From a virus (Duplodnaviria > Heunggongvirae > Uroviricota > Caudoviricetes), in the IMG/VR virus record IMGVR_UViG_3300003310_000099, positions 202,295-266,294 of that record: a stretch of 64,000 bases of DNA; one strand, 5' to 3'. This document shows positions 43,176 through 53,851 of the stretch, one piece after another; position 1 is the first letter of the stretch; each line of letters starts with the position of its first letter. Both the position numbers and the translations under genes were made by a program. The notes under the pieces were generated by a model. The model saw nothing but the letters and a program-made list of their open reading frames with translations. It was not told the origin of the DNA and did no database searches.

Positions 43176-43481
43176 ATGGACAGTGATCTGTTGCAGTATC
43201 TTCGTAAGGGTAGTCAGCGAGTGCGGGCTGGTGTTCTGCTTGCCCGCAAGGTCAAGAAGAACAAGAAGGTCAAGGTGCTTGTCGGCTGGAGTAAGTGCAA
43301 GCTTACCGTCGATAAGTTCGACCCTGTTCGCGGCAAGGAAATTGCTGAAGCCCGTATTCAGCTTCGTCTGGAAGGCGATAATCGTAAGGTCAAGGTGCCG
43401 CATTCCATCAAGGCAAAGGTGGATGAATTCGTGCAGCGTGCGAAGCGGTATTACAAGACTGAGAACGTCAAGGTGGTCTAA
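43176..43481 (+). CDS. basic hypothetical protein
   Basis: GGAGG SD; GWSKC..DKFD..GKEIA; strong AAG bias. Confidence 0.65.
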   Translation: MDSDLLQYLRKGSQRVRAGVLLARKVKKNKKVKVLVGWSKCKLTVDKFDPVRGKEIAEARIQLRLEGDNRKVKVPHSIKAKVDEFVQRAKRYYKTENVKVV

Positions 43482-43484
43482 AAT

Positions 43485-43598
43485 TAACCTTGTGCATATT
43501 CTGCTGGTGCAAGCCCAGAGTCGTGAAACTATCCTTGCCTTACGGCAGGCGATAAGCTAGTCTATATGGCGCGAAAGCCAAGAATATGCACAAGGTTA
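43485..43598 (+). ncRNA. Candidate structured RNA (multi-stem junction closed by 18-bp helix)
   Basis: TAACCTTGTGCATATTCT / AGAATATGCACAAGGTTA enclosing 4 small hairpins. Confidence 0.6.
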
Positions 43599-44431
43599 GC
43601 ACTTATGAAAAAAGCTAGATTTGTTTTGGATTACTGAGGCTTAAATGCTCGCCTTACAGTTCGTAAGGTATTGCCATTTTTATTTTCCCATGCGGCTGCT
43701 GTATTCGATAGTGAACCAGCAGTTAGAAAAGCAATACAGGCAATAAGCAACGATGAGCATTATGGAAAGCCCGTTCCCCCTAGAGAGGTTTGGTTTGTTT
43801 TAGAGAAAATTCGCGGTGATTTGAAAGATAAAAATATAGAATTCTTAGTACCGTCACCAGAAGAAACGCATGGAACATGGGGATTGGCAAGCTAATCAGG
43901 AACTTAAAATGTACCCTAAAAAGTCAAAGAAAATTGAAATTGAACTGCCAGAAGAACCGCCTTCTGGCGGCTATGCTGCTTGTCCTAGCGGTGATAATGA
44001 CTACGATGATGCAATGAAAGAATGGCAGAAAAATGTAAATGCCGTTATTCTTGCTGCTATTCCCCGTGGCTATAATCTCAAGTCGTGTGAAACCAAAAAG
44101 GTTCAGATTGTGCGTCACTATGCCACAATCGTTGTGGAGGAACAGTAATGGAAAGACCATTGCATCGTGAGGTGTATGTATTTAATGCGGAAGACAACGG
44201 TGGCGAGTCATTGACTCTTACTACTGATTATTTTGATAATGGCGATGCCGCACATGGTCTGCCTGATGGTATCTTCACAAACCAAAAGCTAACTCTTATG
44301 AGTTATGGTAATTCTGCAAGTTTTGAACTTTGCGGAACCGTTCTCACCCCTGAAAATCTTCGGGAACTGGCTGATATTCTTGAAAATGGTGAGAAGTTGG
44401 CACTGAGCAAGGTAGTAAAGGTGGTTAAGTA

Positions 44432-44758
44432 ATGGAGTGGTTTTGGCTTGGCATAACCTCAATCATATATGTAATTTGCGCCTATTTGACTTATAAAGAA
44501 GAATGGCGCAATGAGTCTTGGTACTTACCAATCTGTTTCTTTTTCGGCACAACTTTAGTTGTTATCTGGTATATGGTTATCAAATATATCGGTGATAAAG
44601 ACCGAATATATTTCTTTAGCCTATGCTGGGATGCAGTTATGGTTGCCGTATACTATGTCCTACCAGTTTTGGTGTTCGGAGTTAAATTGGACAGGTACGG
44701 CATTGGTGGATTGTGTCTGATGATTGCTGGTTTAGTTTTACTCAAGGTGAAGCACTAG
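44432..44758 (+). CDS. 4-TM membrane protein (SMR/DMT-like)
   Basis: Four hydrophobic segments; GIGGLCLMIAGLVLLK C-terminus. Confidence 0.55.
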   Translation: MEWFWLGITSIIYVICAYLTYKEEWRNESWYLPICFFFGTTLVVIWYMVIKYIGDKDRIYFFSLCWDAVMVAVYYVLPVLVFGVKLDRYGIGGLCLMIAGLVLLKVKH

Positions 44759-44921
44759 ATTTTTTAATGGAGAAGACTAATGGAAGACCATGAGAAGTGG
44801 TTGCAAGAAAATGAAGAAGCTCGAAAACTAGTTGAGCTAGGCTTATCCCAAGCGAAGGCGGGACAATTTGCAGAGAACCCACCAGACTTGGAAAAGGATT
44901 TAGAAGATTTGGAAGAGTAAA

Positions 44922-44938
44922 CCTTAGCTGTACCGAGT
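44922..44938 (+). repeat. Dispersed element copy 7
   Basis: CCTTAGCTGTACCGAGT. Confidence 0.9.
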
Positions 44939-45806
44939 AAACCATGAATGACTGGACTTTCGACAAAATCAGTGAAACCTGGCTTTGCGGTAAAGAAAGC
45001 TGTGGTTGTGGCGTATACAATGATGGTAAAGGCTGGGAAGGCAACGTGTCATGCTCAGACCTTATTGTAGGCATTGGTCCATTTACCACGAAGGAAGAGG
45101 CAATGACTGAATGCCTAAAACAATTAGAGGAATTAAAGGTGCGAAATGGTTGAGTTATATGATGCTCATTACGAAATGGATTTGGGATGTGGCGGCGATA
45201 TTTGGCATTTAAGAGGCAATGTAGTCAACCATCCTAATTTCCCAGATTGGGATAGTGTTGGTCCTTCAACTCCAGTTGAGTTCGATGAAGCCACTGACAC
45301 CATGAAAACTGCAAGTGGCAAGACATACAAGATTATGTCTTATATCAACAAAGCAAGCGTCGTTGAGCAAATCAAGAAGGATATTGCAAAGAAAGGATAT
45401 GAAGTACACTAATGGCTAAATTTGCTATCTTTATGGTCTGTATGCTTGTCATGTTTTACGAGGGTCTTGGACTCCATCTGATGTGGGGTTGGTATATTAC
45501 CAAGGTTTTTGGTGGTATTCAACCTGGAATCGTCGCGTGTATTGGCTTGTCGATGATCGTTAGCATGGTTAAGCCATCGCCAGTGCCAGATGATATGGAT
45601 ACGGAGAAGGTTTTGTTTGTACTTCTTAATTCCGTGTTCCGTGTCACTTTCATGCTGATTGTTGGGTATATTCTCCATTTTTGGATTTGAAAAATGATTT
45701 ACTTGGCAATTGTCATAGTTCTTGTTGCATTAAGTTTATATAATTGTTATAATCGGTATAAGAGGCTAGAATGGGCTTCTTATACCGATGGCTTTTATAA
45801 GGGCTT

Positions 45807-47222
45807 TTGGCAACTGCTGTTATATGTATTTTTACTAGGATTAGTGATAGGATGGGGGATTTCAAGGTGAGATTTGGCAATCAACCCAAATCCAACAAAA
45901 TGAAGAAGAAGGAACTTCAAGAAAAGAAGTTCCGTGCAGAACAGCAACAGGCGGCTGTGCCTAAACCACCTGTTGTTTATGTTTTGAAGACGAAGGTACG
46001 CAATCTCTCGAAAGCCATTGAGGAAATTTTTGAAGGGAAGAAGGATTTCCCCTACACCGAAAACAAAATCCATAACATTAAGAATGCCGTAGGCAGTCTT
46101 AATAGAGATGAAGGACTTAAACGAATTCTTCTACATTTTGTCGATCAGAAGGTAGAATTCGCTGAGAAGGGCCATGTAAATAATTATTATGGTCATCGTG
46201 AAAACGTCAAAACTCCATTAAACGCTCTAATTAACCTCTCAAAATATCTTCATAAAGCTATTCGTCCTATTGAGGATTGGGAATCTCCCAGCCACAATAC
46301 TGCTCGCTGTATTGCCAGTTTTGCACGTCATTTGTACGCAAAATACTACGTTCCATCTTTTATGGATGAAGTTTGGTACAATGAAGGACTGGCACATCAA
46401 GTTTGGTTTCTTCACATTGGCTCAGGACAGAATATCAGAACTGCACAGGGTTTGCCTGTTCCATTGACCAAGAAAGAAGCCCATTTCTTTATGCAGGCTC
46501 CCAAGGACATTGGGCCATTAAACGCTATTCGTTACGGTCAAATTATCAATATGGGTGGCAATGAGGCTTTCGTTCGCCAAATCCTCAAAACCAGAATTGC
46601 CAATGATTTCGATATTGAGAGAAATAAGTTTTATCAGAGCATTTTCGTTTGGTTTATGGCAAATCCGATGTTGGACACTTGCCATTATGCGCCTATTCTT
46701 GACTATATTCACAATCAGAAATATGTTGGGTATCGGCTCAATGAACAGGGGATGATGGTTCCCCGTCAGCCCAATTTCTGTATGAAGGGGCGTGAGCCAG
46801 AATCATTATTGAGACAGGTTGAGGCTTGGCACAAGCAGACTGGCAAGGAAAGCCGTGGGAATAATTTCCCTGAATGGGCAGCTTGTGGACGTAAGGGTTT
46901 GTATCATAAGACCAATGATACTCTTCACACGATTCGTGAAATTTGCACTCAAAAGGAATTGATTGAAGAGGGTCGCAAGATGCACCATTGCGTTGCTTCT
47001 TATGCAGGAAGTTGCGCCCGTGGGGATATCTCTATTTGGTCCTACGAAGTCATGGATATTAACGGATTGAATAAGAGATTAACTCTGGAAGTTAGTAATC
47101 GTGAAGCTGTAATTCGTCAGGCTCGCGGCAAATATAATGCAATGGCTACTGCTAGTGATATGCATTTTGTCAAACTTTGGGCTAGGGAAGCTGGTATTGG
47201 CATTTCAAAATACATAATTTAA
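45807..47222 (+). CDS. PcfJ-domain protein
   Basis: ELIEEGRKMHHCVASY...LTLEV...QARGKYN; true start probably 45852 or 45900. Confidence 0.8.
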   Translation: MATAVICIFTRISDRMGDFKVRFGNQPKSNKMKKKELQEKKFRAEQQQAAVPKPPVVYVLKTKVRNLSKAIEEIFEGKKDFPYTENKIHNIKNAVGSLNRDEGLKRILLHFVDQKVEFAEKGHVNNYYGHRENVKTPLNALINLSKYLHKAIRPIEDWESPSHNTARCIASFARHLYAKYYVPSFMDEVWYNEGLAHQVWFLHIGSGQNIRTAQGLPVPLTKKEAHFFMQAPKDIGPLNAIRYGQIINMGGNEAFVRQILKTRIANDFDIERNKFYQSIFVWFMANPMLDTCHYAPILDYIHNQKYVGYRLNEQGMMVPRQPNFCMKGREPESLLRQVEAWHKQTGKESRGNNFPEWAACGRKGLYHKTNDTLHTIREICTQKELIEEGRKMHHCVASYAGSCARGDISIWSYEVMDINGLNKRLTLEVSNREAVIRQARGKYNAMATASDMHFVKLWAREAGIGISKYII

Positions 47223-47237
47223 CCATATATAATCTAT

Positions 47238-48128
47238 ATGGCTAAACCAGAATTTTTTAGAGGCACACCACCAAGTAGTGCATTTGGTAAAGAAATCCCT
47301 TGTCAGGGTCGTATTACAGGCACAGCTGGGAAGCCCGTCTATCAAGACAACCAAACTAATTTAACATCTTTATATTGGACGCCATTTTATGGTGAGAGTA
47401 TAGGTCTGTATAACGGCAGCACTTGGGATGTTATTACATTTACAGAAACTTCTGTATCAGTTCCTGGCACAACAGATACGAACTACGATTTATTTGCTTA
47501 TAATAATTCTGGAACATTAGCTTTAACAACAGCCGCTTGGTTTAATGACAGTACCAGAAATGACCCAATTGACTATACTGATGGCATTCCGCTTCTTATA
47601 TCTGATAAAACAAGACGTTATTTAGGATCATTTAGGACGACTGCATCTAGTGGGGAGACAGAGGACAGCAAGGCCAAGAGACTTGTGTGGAATTATTATA
47701 ACCGTAGGCAGGTAATTGGATTCCGTCCAAGTTTTACAGCTAGTTGGACTAGCAGTGGTAATGGTTCTTGGGCTGCAATGGACAGTGGTGCTTCTGAGTG
47801 GAGATTCGACTGGATACAAGGCGTCAATGAAGACAACATGAACGCGAGAGCATATTGTGGTTGTGGCCAAGGTGCCCAATTCGCCATTGCATTGAACGGA
47901 ACTAGCCCAAATGGTCAGTACACTACAATTGGTGGCCATAATGTATCAGGAATTATAAACTGCTCTTGTGAGTATTCAAACTTTATAGGTATTTTCGGTA
48001 GTTACAACTATTTGCAGGTAGTGCAAACTTCATACAGTGGCAGTTCGGCTACATTTTATGGCCTTAATACCACAGGTAGCGGCACATTGGGTAATAATAG
48101 TGGATTTGTTACTGTTTCTTGGCGTTAA
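47238..48128 (+). CDS. Putative virion/tail structural protein
   Basis: S/T/G/N-rich, RRYLGSFRT; TATATAA upstream. Confidence 0.55.
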   Translation: MAKPEFFRGTPPSSAFGKEIPCQGRITGTAGKPVYQDNQTNLTSLYWTPFYGESIGLYNGSTWDVITFTETSVSVPGTTDTNYDLFAYNNSGTLALTTAAWFNDSTRNDPIDYTDGIPLLISDKTRRYLGSFRTTASSGETEDSKAKRLVWNYYNRRQVIGFRPSFTASWTSSGNGSWAAMDSGASEWRFDWIQGVNEDNMNARAYCGCGQGAQFAIALNGTSPNGQYTTIGGHNVSGIINCSCEYSNFIGIFGSYNYLQVVQTSYSGSSATFYGLNTTGSGTLGNNSGFVTVSWR

Positions 48129-48838
48129 GTTACCAATAAACAAACTGCTTGGCTAGATGCTGAAGCAATACAATATATTAAGTTTGAATTGTTTACTGGA
48201 ACAAGTACAGCTTCACCAGCTAATAATTCAAAACCAGTTGATGATGTAACACCAGATGAATTGCCAACATAAATTATTCCAGTATTGGTACTTTTGGCTT
48301 TAACAAGCACGCCTTTTGTGGATGTGTTAGACGCTAATTGTACGGCTGAAGTGCCAACAGATGTTTGGTTATGAGCGAAACTGGTGCCGATTTCATTATA
48401 GAGATTAGTTCTTAATGAAGTGTTTGAATTATCGGCACATGCGTTAGAAGTAGCACTACTTCCTGTAAGAGAATTGGCCCATTCTGAGACTTGTGAAATT
48501 TCTGCACGGGCTGTTATGGCACTTCCAGTGCTACCGTGTGTCCAAACAACTCTAATATATTGGACTGGTGCCATAAGCTGGAAGGATATGGACTTGACCT
48601 CATTGTTACCAGTTCCACCTGTAAAGGTGTAAAAATCATAGAAATTACTATTATCTGCGCTGCTTTGCACTGTAGCAGATGCGGGCACAGCAGGACCAGT
48701 AGCACCATTGGTGAGCTTTAAGTAAATGTGTTTTACACCTGTTGTGGTGGTATCCTGCGAGGATGAGGTTGTTGGGCCACCTCCTGCGGTTAAGGATATA
48801 TTATTAGAAATAACAGCGGTAGTTTTAGTCCATGCCAT
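48125..48838 (-). CDS. Putative virion structural protein
   Basis: S/T/G-rich; TATAAATA late-type box just upstream on - strand. Confidence 0.55.
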   Translation of the reverse strand: MAWTKTTAVISNNISLTAGGGPTTSSSQDTTTTGVKHIYLKLTNGATGPAVPASATVQSSADNSNFYDFYTFTGGTGNNEVKSISFQLMAPVQYIRVVWTHGSTGSAITARAEISQVSEWANSLTGSSATSNACADNSNTSLRTNLYNEIGTSFAHNQTSVGTSAVQLASNTSTKGVLVKAKSTNTGIIYVGNSSGVTSSTGFELLAGEAVLVPVNNSNLIYCIASASSQAVCLLVT

Positions 48839-48845
48839 ACTTTAT

Positions 48846-49487
48846 TTATACATTCGGCTGATTATTTTTAGGCTTTTGTAGTGGACCTTCCTCTTCAATG
48901 AAATCCACTGCGTTCATTAAATTTTCAATTGGTGGGTTTGTTCCCAAGAAGTTAATTAAACTTAATAAAAATTCTCCCTTATGAAGTCGAATCCTTTCAT
49001 AGCTTATTAATAGAATTGGCATCTCCTCTTCATTTGCTTTAATTATGAAATCTAAGAATAATTGTTCGTGGTGAGTTTTAATTTTAAGTCCATGAATAGC
49101 ATCAGGCACTACATTAAGTCTTACTTCTGTAAGTGCTGAAGCTAAGTGGTCACGGATTATATAAATCCAAAATGGATTCCTGAGCAATTTGTACCAAAGA
49201 GGAAGATTTACACCACACTGCGGGATTTTCCATGACCATACTGGATTTATGTCTCTCTTATCTATTTGTGTCTTAACTTCATTCAGATTAATTGGCTGTG
49301 CTAAAACAGTTTTCCTAAATTCAACGTCTTCGGACAATTCTCCAGTTTTTGTTAGATTACCACCTAGCATATCAACAACTTTGGCTGTCATGCTGGTCCC
49401 ACCTCTACCCTGCCCAATAATACAGTAGGTTCGGTGTTCTGGCATTATTTTTGGTAAGTTAAATACGGCGGTAGAAAAACGAGGCAA
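48846..49487 (-). CDS. Sulfotransferase-like P-loop protein
   Basis: GQGRGGTSM (PSB loop-like), WSWKIP, IIRD..S, ISYE. Confidence 0.6.
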   Translation of the reverse strand: MPRFSTAVFNLPKIMPEHRTYCIIGQGRGGTSMTAKVVDMLGGNLTKTGELSEDVEFRKTVLAQPINLNEVKTQIDKRDINPVWSWKIPQCGVNLPLWYKLLRNPFWIYIIRDHLASALTEVRLNVVPDAIHGLKIKTHHEQLFLDFIIKANEEEMPILLISYERIRLHKGEFLLSLINFLGTNPPIENLMNAVDFIEEEGPLQKPKNNQPNV

Positions 49488-49524
49488 ATGACTCCTTTCA
49501 TCATAAGTTTCTCTGTAGTATATA

Positions 49525-50331
49525 TCATTTATTATTCAATTTAGAGAGAAGCTCGCCAACGGTGATTAACGGTGAAGGCTTTTCAAATTTATCAGGCTCC
49601 GCAGGACACATATTACATATAGATTCATTTTTCTGAGAAACAAATTGCTCAAGTTCTTGGTCCGTTGCTGTATGTTCTAATGGTTTATATGCCAGATAAC
49701 GGTCCCATTTAGGAGATATATTTGGCCATCGTTTTTTTTGAAGTTGCAGATAAGCAATTGTAGAACATTTGTATAATTTGCCATCTAAAATTTGCAGGCA
49801 ATGTTTGCATGGGCAGATGTTCCAGCTATCTTCAGGTCGATTATTTTCGTATGGGAGTACATCTGGCCCATAGCCTTGATAGCGACGTGTCCAATTCTCA
49901 AAACTGTCTCTTATCGCATGAGGGATTGTATTAGAATTCAAATAAGCTATAACTTTATCCCAAGTAATGTTAAATTCAGGAGAGTTACTATGTCTGCTTA
50001 CAATTAGATTAATATTTAGTTCACTAATTATTGTTCCTAGATTTGGGAAATTGGGTAGTAAAAATCCATTTGTTACGAGTTCGATGCTGTTTTTCCAGTG
50101 CTTTCTGGCAACCCTTAAAAAGTCTTCGATGCGGGGATTAAGTAGTGGCTCGCCACCTAATACAGAGAACCTTATTGGATTCAGTCTATTGCTCCACAGG
50201 CTCATTTGTTCGTCGGCATATTCTGGAGTAACTAAGCCTTTGTGTGCATTATTTGAGAAATGGCTACAGCTTTCACATGTAAAGTTGCAAGCATGAGCAG
50301 CGTGTATTTCGATTCTTGTAACATTGACCAT
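49525..50331 (-). CDS. Radical SAM protein
   Basis: CNFTCESC, LGGEPLL, VTNG, C-terminal Cys cluster. Confidence 0.9.
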   Translation of the reverse strand: MVNVTRIEIHAAHACNFTCESCSHFSNNAHKGLVTPEYADEQMSLWSNRLNPIRFSVLGGEPLLNPRIEDFLRVARKHWKNSIELVTNGFLLPNFPNLGTIISELNINLIVSRHSNSPEFNITWDKVIAYLNSNTIPHAIRDSFENWTRRYQGYGPDVLPYENNRPEDSWNICPCKHCLQILDGKLYKCSTIAYLQLQKKRWPNISPKWDRYLAYKPLEHTATDQELEQFVSQKNESICNMCPAEPDKFEKPSPLITVGELLSKLNNK

Positions 50332-50355
50332 TTACTTATATAGTATGTAGCGATA

Positions 50356-50372
50356 GCTTAGCTGTACCAAGT
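50356..50372 (+). repeat. Dispersed element copy 8
   Basis: GCTTAGCTGTACCAAGT in divergent intergenic region. Confidence 0.9.
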
Positions 50373-50374
50373 GC

Positions 50375-50403
50375 TTTACAAACCCCAATTTTCGTGGTAG
50401 AAT
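50375..50403 (+). promoter_or_regulatory. sigma70-like promoter (extended -10)
   Basis: TTTACA-N17-TAGAAT with TG. Confidence 0.65.
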
Positions 50404-50613
50404 GCTCAGAGGGTAACTCATGTATAGGGAAAATCTTCTCGGCGTGAAACGGACCATCAAAGTCTGGAATATCATCAAGGTTTCTGGATTCTTGTTCTGC
50501 CTCAAAAAAACCTTCACTGTGGAAGGCTACGATGAACATGGTCATGTGCTAATATATCTCCCAGAGATTCATCCGCATCACCTGGAAGGTGTTGATTTTA
50601 GGAATCAAGAATA

Positions 50614-51228
50614 ATGGAACTTACAGACATTGAATACTTTAGAGCAACTTATGGCTTGCGTGAATGCGATGTACAGCTAATTCCTTACGGTTCAAGGGTA
50701 TATGGAACGCACAGTGAATCGTCTGATTACGATTACATTGGGCTTGTGCCACCGAAGCGAATGGTGGATACTGGCACCGAATATCGTTGGAATTCGCTAA
50801 ACGTCCACATTTACAACCGTTACGACTTCCAAAAGCAACTGGAACGACATAAAATCCATGCTCTGGAAGCGTATTACATGCCTGATGGCATTGTGGCCAA
50901 GGATTTCAAGTTTGAGTTGCATTTGCCTACATTACGAGAAGTAATCTCGGAAAAGGCATCGCACAGTTTTGTGAAGGCAAAGAAGAAGATCGACAAGGAA
51001 AATGATTTCTATGTCGGTTGGAAAAGCTTATTCCATTCTTTGCGAATTCTGAATTTTGGAATTCAGATTGCAGGTAAGGGTAAGATTTACGATTATTCGG
51101 CTGCGAATAATCACTGGTTTGATATCAGGGATGCACAGCAATATAATTGGGAATACTTCAAGGATAAGTACCAACCAATTTATAATGCTTTGGCAACGGA
51201 GTTCAGGAAGCTGGCTCCAAAGGAGTGA
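50614..51228 (+). CDS. Nucleotidyltransferase (Pol beta superfamily)
   Basis: YGSRVYGT...SDYDY. Confidence 0.8.
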   Translation: MELTDIEYFRATYGLRECDVQLIPYGSRVYGTHSESSDYDYIGLVPPKRMVDTGTEYRWNSLNVHIYNRYDFQKQLERHKIHALEAYYMPDGIVAKDFKFELHLPTLREVISEKASHSFVKAKKKIDKENDFYVGWKSLFHSLRILNFGIQIAGKGKIYDYSAANNHWFDIRDAQQYNWEYFKDKYQPIYNALATEFRKLAPKE

Positions 51229-51730
51229 AAAATGGAAAATACACTTTTAGAAAAACTGCTACATGCAGTTGACGAAGCTATCCTCTATCGGACAGAGGGT
51301 AAGCTGAACGACTTGAAGAAGGTTCGTGAAGAAATTCGTCGTAAGAACGAATTGATTGCACTGACCCTCAATGCTTTTCGTTCAGAGAACATTGACCAAG
51401 ACAAGTATCGTGAGTTGTTTCTGTTGGAAGGAAGTTTGGATAAGTGGGGGCAAAACCGATGATTACCAATATGTTGGATAAGGATGTGCTTTTTAATGAT
51501 AAGGAATGTCTAATGGGTTAGAAGGTCGAATCGTAAAGGACTAAGAAAATGGCACTAGAACTACAAATAGCCATATTAATTGTGGCTGGTGTTGTCGGCA
51601 GTTTCTTAATCGGGTTGGGAGCTTATCTTGGATTGAAAGATTCCAATAACCCAACTGGATTTCTTTTTGGGCTTGGCGGTTTAGGTCTAATCGTATTTGC
51701 TATTCTAGCCGTGATTGGTAAGATCAAATA

Positions 51731-51747
51731 GCTTAGCTGTACCGAGT
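51731..51747 (+). repeat. Dispersed element copy 9
   Basis: GCTTAGCTGTACCGAGT. Confidence 0.9.
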
Positions 51748-52389
51748 AGTCCATGATTACCTACAACCAAATTAAGAATCTGCCGAACAATCATCCTCTG
51801 GTCGAACAGTTTAAGCGAGAACTGCAAGACTTTGAGATGTATGAAAAGCGTATTGGCGACAATAATCCATTGGCGGATGAAGAATCCAAGGCTTATTTCG
51901 ACCGTTATATTGCGGGGGACCGATGACGCCACATGATTTTCGCACAGTCGCTCATGACATGTGGACTAAGATTGCTTGGACTGATGAAGAATTACTTCAA
52001 GCACTCAAGGTCCACTACTGTCTTCTAGCTTATTTCTGTGAGCGTGGCGAAGGAATGATTTCTTTCGCTCTCCAAATGGAATTGAGTGCATTGGAGGGCT
52101 ATGCCAACGCCAGGAAGTGGAAGTGCAGTAATGATGGCACTAATACTTGGCAAATTAGGCGAAAAGATGGGACGCTTGCATGATAAATATATACATGGTT
52201 GAATACATGGATAAGAGTGCTGGTATTGGTAAGCAGTTCTATTACGATGACCAGAGACTTGAGTTAGTTGGGCAAGATGAAATGCACGTTCCTTATTTTG
52301 CCCCGATCAATGACAAGAGTAAGAGATTTACGCTGCCCGATGGTGAACATATCGCACAACAGTTGATGTGCGGGGAATAGGAGTTTGCC

Positions 52390-52929
52390 TTGACTGAGAA
52401 CGTTAATGGAATGCAAGCTGCGGTTAATCAAAATCCTTTCGATACTGTAACCCGTTTAGTTTATGCTGATGCTCTTGAAGAAGCTGGCAATTGGAAAGAA
52501 TCCTGTTATCAGCGCAGGTTTGCTCAACGACTTGAAAAGCCATTAACCGATAAGCAAATTGAACAGCTTGAGGCTGATTTGAAGCGGGCTAATGGCAAGC
52601 GACGTGAACGCACCTTGAGTCTTGAAAATTGCATTAATTGTGCAAGGCGTGCATTGCTTGACGATGAGCGTTGGTCTTATGTTGCGGGCGGTACTGTGGC
52701 CAATGCTTATGGATATCGCAGTTATCAAACGGTTTGCGTTGCTGCGGTTCGTTCTAATGGCACGGTCAGGATTGGTGTTGCAGTGACTAGCGGCACTAAG
52801 GGGTCTAGTCCTACCACTCCTGTATGCGGTCTTAACAAGAATGCTGACAAAAAGGCTTTTCGTGCCTGGGCTGATAATAAGGATTCTGCGTTCACTATCA
52901 TAAGGTGCAGTCGTTCTAGTGGAGGATAA
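52390..52929 (+). CDS. TIGR02996-like domain protein
   Basis: AAVNQNPFDTVTRLVYADALEEAG. Confidence 0.7.
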   Translation: MTENVNGMQAAVNQNPFDTVTRLVYADALEEAGNWKESCYQRRFAQRLEKPLTDKQIEQLEADLKRANGKRRERTLSLENCINCARRALLDDERWSYVAGGTVANAYGYRSYQTVCVAAVRSNGTVRIGVAVTSGTKGSSPTTPVCGLNKNADKKAFRAWADNKDSAFTIIRCSRSSGG

Positions 52930-53851
52930 TCATGTCCATTAAGTATGATTCAAAGACGAAGCGAGTCAAGCAGCAGATTTCTACCCTGAGCATGTACAAC
53001 TTTGAGGGAGAATTCTCCAAGGCTATCAAATATCTTCAAGATGAATTTAAGTCATTGAAAAAGAGTTATTCTAAACCTACCAAGGTAGTGGAATATAACT
53101 ATAATGGCGGTGCATACGCCGATGGCACTAGGGAAAAGAAAGTTTCCTTTGACAAGTTCTTTATCGAAGAAGGCCAAGATTATGAAGGTGATAAGGAACT
53201 GCAAATTTGGGGCGAGCGTGACATTCTTCCCGAAGAAATGGAAGGTTTGAAAGAAAAGGAGAAGAAGGAGGAAGAAGCTCGTACCGAATGGAAGCGTAAG
53301 CAATTTGAGGCTCTTAAAAAGGAATTTGGCGAATGATAATGCCTTTTGATTGGGCAGTTTTGACTATCGAAGAAGCCAAGCTGCTCATGGAATATATTGA
53401 GAAGTCTACGGCGACGAAGACCCAACCGAAGTATTATGAAAAGATACAGAGGCTGGGTATGTTGCCTATTTATGAAAAACTGCGAGAGTTCGTAGAATTA
53501 AATAGCCATTATCAGGGTCTGCGAACCCTTAACATTGGCGACTTGGCAACCTTAACGGACCCCTGGAATGATGAGTGATATCAAAATAATTAGCAGTGTA
53601 TTAGAAGGTGTAATGCTTCGCCCAAGCATGTACATTGGCCAACTGCATCTGGACCGTTTCCAATGTTTTATTTGCGGCTATATCTGTGGCAGTAACAATG
53701 ACTGCCAAGAATGGTATGATTTTGGTGAATGGATAATGAAAAAGTATCGTATTGCTCATTCGTCCATTGGGCCTTGTGGTGTGGTTGCTGAAAGGTTTGG
53801 CTGGAAAAAGCGTGGCTTGAAAGAACTTGTCCGCTTATGGAATGAATACAA

